Source of the DNA: Nitrospira sp.
GTDB taxonomy: Bacteria; Nitrospirota; Nitrospiria; Nitrospirales; Nitrospiraceae
Length of the DNA: 64,000 bases
Assembly (NCBI GenBank): GCA_041743145.1
Contig: JBGTNJ010000032.1
Span: forward strand, 4,692 to 68,691
Reading direction: 5' to 3'
The notes beneath the pieces were generated by a model that searched no databases, was not told the DNA's origin, and saw only the letters and a list, made by a program, of their open reading frames with translations. Shown here piece after piece: positions 10,420-20,804 of this stretch. The translations under genes and the position numbers were made by a program. Numbering within the stretch: position 1 is the first letter of the stretch; each line of letters opens with the position of its first letter.

Positions 10420-11250
10420 ATGGTCTTGGACAATTGGCTGGAGGCGTTTCGAGAATCGGCGGAATCGGCCCTGTCACTGACTGCTTCGTACCTTCCCAAG
10501 CTCCTGGGCGCCATACTGCTCGTACTGGCTGGTTATCTCCTCGCCCGGATCGTCGGTGCCGGCACGGCTGGACTACTGAAACTGGTCGGTCTGGATCGTC
10601 TGCTCGCCAACACACCCATACAAACCCTCTTCAATAGAGCCGGCTCCACTAAGACAGGATCCGATGTCCTCGGCCTGCTGGTCTTCTGGGTGATCTTTCT
10701 CCTCTTCGGAGTCACGGCCACGGATATGCTCGGCCTCCCAACCGTCTCGGCCACACTGACCGACCTAGCCCACTACCTTCCAAAAGTCGGACTCGCGGTC
10801 CTGATCATCGTGCTGGGCATGCTGGCTGCGAGCTATATCAAGGAGCTGATCGGTTTGGCCTGCACGTCGGCCGGCATTTCTCAGGGTGCGATCGTGGCCC
10901 AGACGTTCTATGTAGCCGCGATTCTTGTGGTGTTTGTGACGGCGGTCAACGAGCTGGGAATCGACACGACCCTTTTAAATAGCACGATTATGATCGGCTT
11001 CGGTGGACTCATCGCGGGAGCCGCACTTTCTTTCGGGCTGGGCGCTCGAGGGGCGGTCGCCAACTTGATCGCCGCCCACTACCTCAGGCAGGTATTTCGA
11101 GTCGGGCAAACGATCCGAGTCGGTGACATCCAAGGGACCATCGCAGCCCTGACCCCCGTTGCGATTGTTGTGGATACGCCTACGGGACGGGTCGTCGTGC
11201 CGGCCTCACATTTTCAAGAGTCCAGTGCGACGATCAAGAGCGCGGTCTGA
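10420..11250 (+). CDS. MscS-related membrane protein with 'conserved TM helix' repeats and a shortened cytoplasmic domain
   Basis: 276 aa. Two YLPK.. hydrophobic repeats, LSFGLG, FRVGQTIRVGDIQGTI (MscS beta domain), VVVPAS. Confidence 0.75.
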   Translation: MVLDNWLEAFRESAESALSLTASYLPKLLGAILLVLAGYLLARIVGAGTAGLLKLVGLDRLLANTPIQTLFNRAGSTKTGSDVLGLLVFWVIFLLFGVTATDMLGLPTVSATLTDLAHYLPKVGLAVLIIVLGMLAASYIKELIGLACTSAGISQGAIVAQTFYVAAILVVFVTAVNELGIDTTLLNSTIMIGFGGLIAGAALSFGLGARGAVANLIAAHYLRQVFRVGQTIRVGDIQGTIAALTPVAIVVDTPTGRVVVPASHFQESSATIKSAV

Positions 11251-11253
11251 GCG

Positions 11254-12147
11254 ATGGACGCGGAACCGCGACTGACCCTTGCCTACTTCAAGTCCCACCC
11301 GCTAGAAGTCACAAAACAATTGGAGACATGGTCGGCAGATGACGTGGCCTCGGTAATGGCGACATTCTCAGCACAAGACATGGCATCTGTGTTGGAGCAC
11401 TTTCCTCTTGCACAAGCAGCAGCGGTCCTCGAGCTTCTGCCGCAGGACACGACGGTCGAAATCATTACCCTGTTACCGACCGCATCGGCCATCGGCATCT
11501 TGCGGCAGCTTGAGCCATCCGTTCAGCACAACTTGCTGACCATGCTGGATCGACGCGTCGGACCAAGTCTTCGACTGAGCATGACCTATCCCGAGGGTAC
11601 GGCTGGAAGCCTGGCGGATCCTCGAGTGGTGATTCTTCCGCCTGACATTCCAGTATCGGCTGCCTTGGAACGGATCAAACGCGATCCAACCCATGCGACA
11701 TACTATCATTACGTCGTGGAGCGGACTGGAATCCTTGTGGGCCTGGTAACGACGAAAGAACTTCTGGCCGCGTCCCCAGACCGGCTCATCGCAACGATCA
11801 TGAACGAGCAAATCGCAACCATAGCTGCAGAGGCGACCGAGGACGAATTACTCCAAGCCCCTCATTGGCGGCTGTATCATACCTTGCCGGTCGTCGATCG
11901 CCAAGGTCACTTTCTTGGTGCGCTCCGCTACAGGACCTTGCGTCGCATTGAAGCGCAATCTGAGGCAAAACCGACGGCGGGGCCTCTGCCACAAGCCTTG
12001 TTGCAGATGTGGGAAGGCTACGCCTTGATCGGTCTCCACATTATGACCGATCTCGCCCAGGCGATCGAAACGGGTGTCTCGGAACAGATACCGATGCTCC
12101 CGAAGGAGGGCAAGGAAACCGATGTCACTTCACCGGAAACTCCATGA
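11254..12147 (+). CDS. MgtE-like cytosolic protein (MgtE N-domain plus CBS pair) without the transport domain
   Basis: 297 aa. YPEGTAGSLADP, YYHYVVERTGILVGLV, LPVVDRQGHFLG. No 5-TM MgtE membrane domain. Confidence 0.75.
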   Translation: MDAEPRLTLAYFKSHPLEVTKQLETWSADDVASVMATFSAQDMASVLEHFPLAQAAAVLELLPQDTTVEIITLLPTASAIGILRQLEPSVQHNLLTMLDRRVGPSLRLSMTYPEGTAGSLADPRVVILPPDIPVSAALERIKRDPTHATYYHYVVERTGILVGLVTTKELLAASPDRLIATIMNEQIATIAAEATEDELLQAPHWRLYHTLPVVDRQGHFLGALRYRTLRRIEAQSEAKPTAGPLPQALLQMWEGYALIGLHIMTDLAQAIETGVSEQIPMLPKEGKETDVTSPETP

Positions 12148-13417
12148 AACGTTCATCATCGACCATCCCGCGGAAGCCGGACAGCTTCTGGAGTCCTTCG
12201 AGATCGGCGAGATCGTCCGCCTGATCGAGTCGGTTCCACCGAATTCCATCGCCGTGCTCCTGTCATCCATGAATCCCGCCGTCGCCGGTGAAACACTGGG
12301 AGCGCTGCCCGATGAGCTGGGGATTCGGGTGGTGCGCGAAACATCCCCCGGGGACGCGGCGGGGCTGCTGGCGCGATTGGAACGAGACCGACGGAAGGCG
12401 ATCCTCCGGCGTCTTGCCCGCCCGCTCGCCAAGGAGATTCGCCTGTTCATGGAATACCCAGCCGAATCGGTCGGCAGCCTGATGGATGCGGGGGTATTCG
12501 CGCTACCAGAGGACCTCACGGTCGAAGCGGCCGTCACGCAGGTACGGGTCAGGGCGCCCAAAGATCTTCATGACATCTACGTGATCGACCGCCGCCGGTA
12601 CCTCGTCGGCATGTTCTCGGTTCGGGACCTGCTGCGGCCCAATCCGTTGGATCGCTTGCAGTCCGTCATGCGGCGTGATGTGCCGACCATTCATCCCATG
12701 GAGAATCGCGAGGAAATCGTCGCTCTCTTCGCCGGGCGGCGATTGGTGACTATTCCCGTCGTGGATCTCGACGGACGACTGCTGGGTGTGATCAAGAACG
12801 AGGATATCATCAAAGCGAGCCAAGAAGACGCCACTGCGGACCTTCAGACGATGGTCGGCGCCAGCAAAGATGAGCGTGCCCTCTCCTCCATGTGGTTTTC
12901 CGTGCGGAAACGGCTGGGTTGGCTGCAGGTCAATCTGGTCACGGCCTTTCTGGCTGCGACCGTTGTCGGCATGTTCGAAAGCGTCATCGCGCAATTCACA
13001 GCCTTAGCCGTCTTGCTGCCGGTTGTGGCCGGCCAATCCGGCAATACCGGCGCGCAGTCGTTGGCGGTCGTCATGCGCGGACTCGCCCTCCGCGACATCA
13101 GGCCAGCCCAATGGTTCCGGGTCGTCACCAAAGAAAGCGGAGTTGCGCTGTTCAACGGTCTCGCAGTAGCCGCGACCACCTGCACCGCGGTCTACTGGTG
13201 GAGCAGTTCTGCAGGTCTGACGATGGTGATCGGTATCTCGATGGTGACGTCGATGTGCATCGCGGGACTGGCCGGCGCCGTCATTCCCATCATTCTCAAA
13301 TCGCTGAATCAGGACCCGGCCCAGTCATCCTCGATCATTTTGACGACGGTGACCGACGTCGTCGGGTTTTTCAGTTTTCTCGGACTGGCGACCATCTTCG
13401 CCCATCTCCTTGTGTGA
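12122..13417 (+). CDS. mgtE: Magnesium transporter MgtE (full length)
   Basis: YPAESVGSLM, CBS pair, RLGWLQVNL, GQSGNTGAQS, DPAQSS..ILTTVTDVVG with the conserved TM Asp. ATG 12122 follows GAAGGAGG. Confidence 0.92.
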   Translation: MSLHRKLHETFIIDHPAEAGQLLESFEIGEIVRLIESVPPNSIAVLLSSMNPAVAGETLGALPDELGIRVVRETSPGDAAGLLARLERDRRKAILRRLARPLAKEIRLFMEYPAESVGSLMDAGVFALPEDLTVEAAVTQVRVRAPKDLHDIYVIDRRRYLVGMFSVRDLLRPNPLDRLQSVMRRDVPTIHPMENREEIVALFAGRRLVTIPVVDLDGRLLGVIKNEDIIKASQEDATADLQTMVGASKDERALSSMWFSVRKRLGWLQVNLVTAFLAATVVGMFESVIAQFTALAVLLPVVAGQSGNTGAQSLAVVMRGLALRDIRPAQWFRVVTKESGVALFNGLAVAATTCTAVYWWSSSAGLTMVIGISMVTSMCIAGLAGAVIPIILKSLNQDPAQSSSIILTTVTDVVGFFSFLGLATIFAHLLV

Positions 13418-13539
13418 CGACTGCGCGAAAATCAACCGGGAGCTTGCCGTAAGATTCCAGCGCTTCCATCTTGTACGATTTATCAAACAGTCGTTGCAAA
13501 TAGAGACGAGGAACACTAAAAGGCTCTGCACACATGCAC

Positions 13540-14325
13540 CTAGTAATTGAACAGGATCGTAGTCAACAAGATGTGCTGCATCTGATCAGGCCGTGGGGTC
13601 TCCCTTCTGCTGAGATACTGGTTCATATACCCAATTTCTACCACTGTCGTCCGGCTGACTCTGTATGAAAACCCGACGATCGCTCTGTTTTGGTCAAAAC
13701 CTTCCCGAATGGATGTGGCATCAGCATGGGTCAGATTCACAAAAATTTCATCGGCGAGAATCAGGTTGACCCCTGGAGCGATCCAGGGAATCGGAATCGA
13801 GACCTTCAGGAGGTGACGATACCGGTAGCCGATATCCTCGGTATCCGGAATGTCGAAAAATCGTTGCTCAAAGCGACTTCGACTCCCAAAGGTTCCGAAT
13901 GATAATTCGTCGCTCCACAGCCATTGCTGCCAGCTGCGGTACTCATTGAAATCTTCCTCGAGCGCGAATGGACGGCTTGTGGGAACCCAGTCCCCACCAA
14001 GCCAGACGCTGTTGCGTTCGTTCAAGGCATACCCCAGGGCGGGACGAATGATGCCTTGCGAAAATCGGGAGGAATCGTTTCCAAAACGTCCTTGCGCCTC
14101 CATCGAATATCTGAAGCGGCTCCATCTTGGATCACTCCCCGCAAATGATCCCGTGGCAAAGACAACTCCCCAAGTTTGAAAATCCTCCTCGATCTCTCGC
14201 GCTTCGACAGGTTCTGACACTCCTCACAGATGTGCAGTGAGGAGGATGGCGAAGAAGACGGTCCCGAGGATGTCTATTCCATCGAGCGGTACCTTCGATC
14301 CCCTGCCAACCAGCGACCGCTGCAT
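13540..14325 (-). pseudogene. DUF2490-like outer-membrane beta-barrel protein with an in-frame TGA in the signal peptide
   Basis: ATG 14325 (AGGAGA upstream) reads MQRSLVG...ILGTVFFAILLTAHL*GVSEPVEA/REIEEDFQTW. TGA at 14224-14226. Downstream RSRFEQRF, GFDQNRA and VEIGYMNQY are DUF2490-like. Confidence 0.65.
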
Positions 14326-14677
14326 ATAGCCACCATTCTCCTGAGTGGTTCCGTTGTAATCAGAATCGTGTCGATCTGTTCTTCTGTGATTGTGCGGTAG
14401 TTACTGAGCAGCTCTTGGGGAGGAATGTCCTACTGAGGCGGCGTTCACCGCACTGTACGGTGGCAATAGGATTTGTGAAGCGCCATGCTTAACCGATGAC
14501 CAAGCATCTACCTTTGGAATTTACCGGCGGCGTCCTTAACGGCAGTAAAGTTACTTAACCACCTCTTACTACGAATCAAGTCATTTTGCCATAACTATTG
14601 GCAATAACTCGCGAAGTCACCGCCTCCGTGAGCATCTCTATGAACGAGCCGATCTCGATTGATCGTAGGCCTCTGCC

Positions 14678-15703
14678 TTATGCTTTGCGAGACCGTCTGG
14701 CAATTCCCCGTAATAACCGCCCGAGCAAATCCGCGCCGGTGATCAGCCGAGGTTGTTCTGTCCACAGAAGAACCGTGTCATGGGTAATGAGGTGATCGGC
14801 GGGCGACTCCGGGTCAAAGCTGAGCTGCGCCAGAACTTTCCCGAGCGGTTCGTCTCGATTTCGTACGATCACGGGCCGATGGCAATAGGCGTGGGGGTCA
14901 GTATGCTGACCCATGAAGACGGTGTGACGTAGAAACCCATCGGCATCCATGATGCACTGCGGCTCATTCATCTCGTCCGTGATGACCACCCAAGCCTTGT
15001 CCGAAGCATTGACCTGTCGAAGGAATGGGTCATCCGGCGACGTCTGGTACGCGGGAAACATAGGAATTCCATCCCGAACTGGCAGCTGTATGATACTGAT
15101 CGGATCCACCGAAACTCCTTCTTGGTCGACCGGAATATCGTCGATGGTCAAAAAGTTGAGCGCCCCTATAGCCTCGATACGGCCCACTTCTGACTTCTCG
15201 TCCTCCATATGGCGACGAAGCAGTTCTTTGATCTCCGCCTCCCGGAGGTAGGCGATCGTTTCCTTGCCCAGCCAAGCATCCAACAGCATGGCTGAGGGTT
15301 TCACTACGGGGAACAAGATCACACGGTAGGCCTGCAACCATTGCGAGAAAACCGCAGCCATCCTGACCGCCCGACGGGAAAAGTACGCCTGCGGCAGGAT
15401 TTCTCCGAAAATCGTGATGAAGAAGGTCGAAAAAAGGAATGCGGTCACTCCGGCCAGCACCGAATTCGAGAGGAGCGTGAGGAGCACGTTGATGCTGACG
15501 TTGGCCCAAAGAATAGTGGCCAGGATATCATTGGGATGATCGCGCAGCCGTAGTACTTTTTGGGCATCGTGGCTCCCGCTTGCCGCTTCCGCCTCCAACC
15601 GCAACCGACCGAGGCTGAAGACCGCCAAATTCAAGCCCGACATCAAGGCCGATTGGCTGAGACAGAGCGCGATCCCGACCCAGGTCAACAGATCAACTAC
15701 CAT
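14678..15703 (-). CDS. CNNM/DUF21 transmembrane-domain protein (Mg2+/Co2+ transport-related)
   Basis: SALMSGLNLAVFSL, LATILWANVSIN, IFGEILPQA. The C-terminal region is only weakly CBS-like. Confidence 0.8.
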   Translation of the reverse strand: MVVDLLTWVGIALCLSQSALMSGLNLAVFSLGRLRLEAEAASGSHDAQKVLRLRDHPNDILATILWANVSINVLLTLLSNSVLAGVTAFLFSTFFITIFGEILPQAYFSRRAVRMAAVFSQWLQAYRVILFPVVKPSAMLLDAWLGKETIAYLREAEIKELLRRHMEDEKSEVGRIEAIGALNFLTIDDIPVDQEGVSVDPISIIQLPVRDGIPMFPAYQTSPDDPFLRQVNASDKAWVVITDEMNEPQCIMDADGFLRHTVFMGQHTDPHAYCHRPVIVRNRDEPLGKVLAQLSFDPESPADHLITHDTVLLWTEQPRLITGADLLGRLLRGIARRSRKA

Positions 15704-15873
15704 AGTGCCCTCTCTCTAGACAAACTGCGGCTGCAGGGAACACAACGGAGGTCTCTTTGAAGTGGCGATCGGCAAGAGCCGGCTCAGGAACTCAATTGAT
15801 GGGCAATTCCCTCTTGGTTCCTGCTCGTCCTGTTCCTGCCCGAGGCCCATGATAGGCACGGTCCCCCCAGGCT

Positions 15874-16980
15874 TTAACCGGCCCCCCGTCGTTGGCCTGT
15901 GGTCGGATCGAACAGGTGAAGGGTCGCTCGTGGTGCTGAGACCGCCACTCGATCCCCGATCTTCGGGGCAAACCCAGCTTGTGCAGAACCGATTATGGTG
16001 ATGGATTCGTTGTGGTCATTGAGCTCGACCGTCACCCACAAGGTCGGGCCCGAAGGTTCGGTGAGGCGAGCGACGCCGAACCCCACACCCTTATCTCCCG
16101 GATCGTTTGCCGGGCTCACAACGATGTCTTCCGGTCTGAGGCCGACGGTCACAATCTGCTCTTGCTCAACTGTCGGTCCGTCTGGAGGTCTTGTGAGATG
16201 CAATGGTCCAGCTTGGATGCCATCGATGCTTACCCGCGCCGAGAGCAAATTCATCGACGGGTAACCCATGAAGCCTGCCACGAAGAGATTGGCGGGAGTG
16301 GCATAGATATCATGAGGCCGGCCGATCTGCTGAATCCGTCCCTGGTTAAGCGCCGCAAGCCGGTCACCTAGCGTCATGGCTTCCGTTTGATCGTGGGTCA
16401 CATAGATCGTCGTGACCTTCAGCTCCTTGTGGAGGCGGAGCAACTCCGCGCGCATGGAAGCGCGCAATTGCGCATCTAGATTTGACAACGGTTCATCCAA
16501 CAAAAACAGTCTGGGCTTCCTGATGAGGGCCCGCCCCAAGGCGACTCGTTGTCGTTGGCCGCCGGAGAGTTCCCGTGGTCGCCGATCGAGGAATGATGCC
16601 AGACCAAGAAACCCTGCCACCCGTTGCACTTCTTCCTCGATGCGCCTCCGTTCGAGGCGCTTGGCGCGGGGAGCAACGCTCAATGGGAAGGCCATATTTT
16701 CGCGCACGGTCATGTGCGGGTACAGGGCATAGCTTTGAAAAACCAACGCCACGTCGCGCTCACGCGGCTCTAGGTCGGTCACATCGTTCCCGTCGAACAA
16801 GATACGACCGGCAGTCGGCTGATCGAGACCGGCGAGGAGACTCAGCAGCGTAGATTTGCCGCATCCGGAGGGACCCACGAGCACGAAGAACTCACCGTCA
16901 TGCACCGTCAAGGTGAGGGGATGGAGGATGGTCTTTTGCCCGATACGTTTCTCGATCAGCTCTATACGGACTTCGGCCAT
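15874..16980 (-). CDS. Carbohydrate ABC transporter ATP-binding subunit (MalK-like)
   Basis: GPSGCGKS, FQSYALYPHMTV, LSGGQRQRVALGR, LLDEPLSNLDA, YVTHDQTEA. Confidence 0.95.
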   Translation of the reverse strand: MAEVRIELIEKRIGQKTILHPLTLTVHDGEFFVLVGPSGCGKSTLLSLLAGLDQPTAGRILFDGNDVTDLEPRERDVALVFQSYALYPHMTVRENMAFPLSVAPRAKRLERRRIEEEVQRVAGFLGLASFLDRRPRELSGGQRQRVALGRALIRKPRLFLLDEPLSNLDAQLRASMRAELLRLHKELKVTTIYVTHDQTEAMTLGDRLAALNQGRIQQIGRPHDIYATPANLFVAGFMGYPSMNLLSARVSIDGIQAGPLHLTRPPDGPTVEQEQIVTVGLRPEDIVVSPANDPGDKGVGFGVARLTEPSGPTLWVTVELNDHNESITIIGSAQAGFAPKIGDRVAVSAPRATLHLFDPTTGQRRGAG

Positions 16981-16984
16981 TGCC

Positions 16985-17848
16985 TCATCCTTTCACACTG
17001 CCGGCCGTTAGCCCGGCAATGATGTGGCGTTGAAACACCAGGGCGAGAGCAGCGACCGGCAGGGTCACCACCAGGGAGGCCGCCGCCAAATCGCCCCAAG
17101 GAATTTCATACAACCCTGGGAACAAAGCAACCGCGACCGGCGCGGTGCGAGTGCTATCACTGGCCGTCAGCGTCAGGGCGAACATGAACTCATTCCACGA
17201 ATAGATGAAGACTAATAGCGCGGCAACAGCGAGTCCAGGTCGCGCTAGTGGCAACATGATGGTCAGGAAGGCCTGCAAGGGTGTGCAGCCGTCGATCCGA
17301 GCAGCCTGGTAGAGCTCCTTGGGAAGCTGTTGAAAGAAACTCGTTAAGAGCCACACGGCGAGCGGCAGGGAATAGACCGCATGAGTCAGTCCTACTGCGA
17401 AGAGAGTATCCCTCAACCCGAAGTCCCGCATCAGGAGATATAAGGGACTGATGACGGCGATCGGCGGGAACATCGACGTCACGAGGGCCACCCCCAATAT
17501 CACCGACTTACCGGCGATCGGTAGCCGTGCAAGGGCGAATGCACAGAACGCACCAACCATAATGGAGGTCGCCGTCGCACTCGCCGCCACGACCATGCTG
17601 TTCGCGAGCGACCGCGGCAATGACGACTTGAGCAGGACCCGATCATAGTGCACGCCGGTCACGCGCTCCGGGAATAGAGGAGGCAGGCGCACGAGATCCT
17701 GATCGGGCTTTAGCGATGTGATCACTTGCCAGAGCACTGGTCCGAGACAGAACAACCCGACAAAAAGAAGAACGCATGCAGTAAGGCCTCGGGTACGGAG
17801 CCAGATCATCATAGTTGACCCGGCCTGATCGTCATGACGAAGCATCAA
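16985..17848 (-). CDS. Carbohydrate ABC transporter permease (MalG/SugB-like)
   Basis: EAA-like motif LYQAARIDG; WNEFMFAL. Confidence 0.92.
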   Translation of the reverse strand: MMLRHDDQAGSTMMIWLRTRGLTACVLLFVGLFCLGPVLWQVITSLKPDQDLVRLPPLFPERVTGVHYDRVLLKSSLPRSLANSMVVAASATATSIMVGAFCAFALARLPIAGKSVILGVALVTSMFPPIAVISPLYLLMRDFGLRDTLFAVGLTHAVYSLPLAVWLLTSFFQQLPKELYQAARIDGCTPLQAFLTIMLPLARPGLAVAALLVFIYSWNEFMFALTLTASDSTRTAPVAVALFPGLYEIPWGDLAAASLVVTLPVAALALVFQRHIIAGLTAGSVKG

Positions 17849-18783
17849 GCACTCTCCTGGACATGCCGGCGTAGCAGCAACAAATACAGCAGGGAAAGCA
17901 TCGCGGCGAGCACAAACATCGCCGTTGCTAGGGCGGATCCATATCCAAACTGCAATGTTTGGAACAGCGTCTTGTACGCATAGATAGAAAGTGTCTCGGT
18001 GCTGTTGCCTGGCCCTCCGCCGGTCAATACGAAGACCGCGTCAAACACCCGGACCGCGTCCATCGTGCGGAATATGAGCACGATGACCACGACAGGCATC
18101 AAAAGCGGCAACGTAATCCGTCGAAACTGCTCCCAGGTTCCCGCCCCATCAACCCGCGCGGCAGCGTAGAGCTCCTGCGGAACAGTCTTTAATCCGGCCA
18201 GCAGAAGCAGTGCCGCGAACGGCGTCGTTTTCCAAACGTCCATGACGACGGCGGCATGAATCGCCCAATCGGGATCCGCCAGCCAATCGATGCGACCTTC
18301 AGTGATGCCGGCCGCATAGAGCAGATAATTGAGCAGACCGTAGTCCGGTTGATAGAGCCACGCCCAGATCTGCGCGGACACGACGGTCGGAATCGCCCAA
18401 GGTAGGATGATCATGACGTGCGCCCATCGCAGTCCCCTGCTTGCTCCGTCCGACAGACGGTTCAAGAGCAGGGCGAACCCGAAGCCCAACAATAGCTCAG
18501 CCGACACAGACAGAGCCGTGAAGTATAGCGTCGTTCGGCAAGCGGCCCAAAACCGGTCGTCGCCCCACAATTGAAGATAGTTCTGGGCGCCGACGAACTC
18601 GTCGACGCCGAAGATCGGCAACTGCTGACGCAAACTGAGCCACAACGCCGCTGTAATCGGCGCGAGTGCGATCAGACCCACCAGAACGAAGGCAGGAGCG
18701 GCAAACAGGTAGCCCCATGCTCGTTCGGACAGATGGATCGTCCCACTCCGCTTCTTCATCTCTGTGAACGACTGATCGTTCAT
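17845..18783 (-). CDS. Carbohydrate ABC transporter permease (MalF/SugA-like)
   Basis: LPWAIPTVV, DVWKTTPF, LYAAARVDGA, TGGGPGNST. Confidence 0.92.
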   Translation of the reverse strand: MNDQSFTEMKKRSGTIHLSERAWGYLFAAPAFVLVGLIALAPITAALWLSLRQQLPIFGVDEFVGAQNYLQLWGDDRFWAACRTTLYFTALSVSAELLLGFGFALLLNRLSDGASRGLRWAHVMIILPWAIPTVVSAQIWAWLYQPDYGLLNYLLYAAGITEGRIDWLADPDWAIHAAVVMDVWKTTPFAALLLLAGLKTVPQELYAAARVDGAGTWEQFRRITLPLLMPVVVIVLIFRTMDAVRVFDAVFVLTGGGPGNSTETLSIYAYKTLFQTLQFGYGSALATAMFVLAAMLSLLYLLLLRRHVQESA

Positions 18784-20060
18784 GATCGTTCCAGCTCTAC
18801 CTTAGAGATCGGCGCTCCCATGATCTGCTCGACACGGCGTCTGATGACATCAAGAGCCTCGGCAGGCGACCTTCGTCCAACAACTACTGCGCTGACTTCC
18901 GGCTGCACGGCCTGAGACACTAACAGATAATACGGCGTCACCGGACGAGGCTTCGCGCCCAATAAAATCGGATAGAGATCCTTCAAGAGAGGGCGGAGTT
19001 CAAGCAGAGACTCGTCAGTATATAAGGCCCGGCGCACCGGGTTATACCCCAATTCCATCGCGATCCTGCGTTGCGTGTCTGGAGAGGTCAAGAAGCTGAT
19101 CAGCTCCCCCACAACCTCTTGATGGGTGGAACTATTCGGTATGGCGAGCATCCATCCTCCCAGCACCGGCGCACTGCTAAATCCTGAAAAGGCGGGAAGC
19201 GGGACGACGCCAATTTTACCGCGAACCGGCGATCCCTCCTGTTGAAGCAGGGACCACGCGTAGGGCCAATTTCTCATGAACAGGGCATGGCCCTCGCCGA
19301 AAATCAAACGGGTCGATTCTTCGTCAGCCATACTCGTCGAGAGAGGTGTGATCCCATACGTTGAGATCGTCTCACGCAAGAACCGCAAGCCGTATTCGGC
19401 GCGGTCACGATCCCCCGTCCAGAGATCCGTCCCGTTACTTCGGAGCACCTCCAGTGTGACACACATCAACCCTTCATACTGCTTCCCCTGCCAAAGGAAG
19501 CCAGCCAAAGCGGAGTCCTGCTCCGCATGTAACACCAGCTTGGCGACACGGACGAGTTCAAGCCATGTACGAGGCGGTTCAAGGCCATGGCGATTCAGCA
19601 AATCACGCCGGTAGTAGAGGACACCGGCATCCACATACCAGGGCACCGCGTACAGACGCCCTTGGAACGTCGCTGCCTCAATCGGCCCGGGAAAGAACTC
19701 ATCCCGCTCGGCCGGAGTCAGGACCTCGTCCAACGGCGCAATCCATCCTGCCTTGGCAAATTCCTGCGCCCAAATCATGTCGATCCCGAGAAGGTCGAAC
19801 GGAGCTTTCCCTCCGTCCAAATTCATAGCGTAGTACTGATGCTGTCGATCCGAATCGGCCGGCAAGAGCTCTTCTCGAACGAGAATACCTGGATGGCGTT
19901 GTTCAAAATCACGGAGCAGGTCGGACAGCACCCGTCCATCACCTGATAGTTTTCCATGCTTGAAGACCAAGACGGTCGGTACACGATCAGTCCCTTCTCC
20001 GGTCTGCGTGCACCCGAGCGTCGTTGCTACCCAGAGCAGGATAAAAGCGCCGATCATCAT
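18780..20060 (-). CDS. ABC substrate-binding lipoprotein (trehalose/maltose/glycoside type)
   Basis: Lipobox-like TLGC; D.IW..EFA, AVPWYVDAGVLYYR, QGKQYEGL, FMRNWPYAW, LGGW, PRPVTPYY. Confidence 0.9.
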   Translation of the reverse strand: MMIGAFILLWVATTLGCTQTGEGTDRVPTVLVFKHGKLSGDGRVLSDLLRDFEQRHPGILVREELLPADSDRQHQYYAMNLDGGKAPFDLLGIDMIWAQEFAKAGWIAPLDEVLTPAERDEFFPGPIEAATFQGRLYAVPWYVDAGVLYYRRDLLNRHGLEPPRTWLELVRVAKLVLHAEQDSALAGFLWQGKQYEGLMCVTLEVLRSNGTDLWTGDRDRAEYGLRFLRETISTYGITPLSTSMADEESTRLIFGEGHALFMRNWPYAWSLLQQEGSPVRGKIGVVPLPAFSGFSSAPVLGGWMLAIPNSSTHQEVVGELISFLTSPDTQRRIAMELGYNPVRRALYTDESLLELRPLLKDLYPILLGAKPRPVTPYYLLVSQAVQPEVSAVVVGRRSPAEALDVIRRRVEQIMGAPISKVELERS

Positions 20061-20767
20061 AGATGTCGCAGATCGTCCGGAGCGCGATCGCGCCCTCGAT
20101 TCCAGAACGTCCGCTCCAGATAGTCCTTCGCCAAATCCTTAGCCCCGAGGCCGAACGCCAAGCAGGTGGCGAACACAATGCCTCCAAAGGTAATTCCGAA
20201 GCCCACCACCACCACGCTCGCCGCAATACCCAATTCCTCCGCCGCCATCGCCAGCGCAAAAAGTTGGACGCCCCAACGCGACATGTTCGCGAACAGCCGT
20301 GCTGGGGGAAGCCCGGCATTCACCCCTGCGATCAACACACCCTGTGCGATGAAATTGGAGAGCAGGTATCCAGTTACCAATATCAGCCCGGCGACCAACA
20401 CGTGGGGAATGTATGCCAAGAGCGAATTGGCAAACTGGTTGATCGGTTGGAGGTTCAGCGCACCCAGACCAGCGATCACTGCGAATGCGACGACCGCCCA
20501 ATAGACGAACCGGCCGACGAGATAGGAGGGATCGGCCTTCACGCCTCCACGCAACAGCGCGGCATTGATTTCAAGTCGATCGCACAGCTGGTCAAGACGC
20601 ACCATGCGCAACAATCGTTCGACCAGGTGGCCTAACGCTCGGGCCGCCAACAGGCCTACCCCGACGATAATGAGCATGGCCAACACATTCGGCAACACGG
20701 CCAGGACCTGTCGGCCAAGTTGTTCCAACGGCGCCAGTAGCGCTGTTTGGAAAAAGTCCGTCATCAT
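20057..20767 (-). CDS. Conserved-TM-helix (CmpX/MscS-TM-like) membrane protein lacking a cytoplasmic cage
   Basis: 236 aa. LPNVL.. and YIPHV.. repeats, LAFGLG. Paralogous by eye to 10420-11250. Confidence 0.75.
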   Translation of the reverse strand: MMTDFFQTALLAPLEQLGRQVLAVLPNVLAMLIIVGVGLLAARALGHLVERLLRMVRLDQLCDRLEINAALLRGGVKADPSYLVGRFVYWAVVAFAVIAGLGALNLQPINQFANSLLAYIPHVLVAGLILVTGYLLSNFIAQGVLIAGVNAGLPPARLFANMSRWGVQLFALAMAAEELGIAASVVVVGFGITFGGIVFATCLAFGLGAKDLAKDYLERTFWNRGRDRAPDDLRHL

Positions 20768-20804
20768 AACTCACCTCCCCCTATTTTTCCGCCGGCAACC
20801 GACC

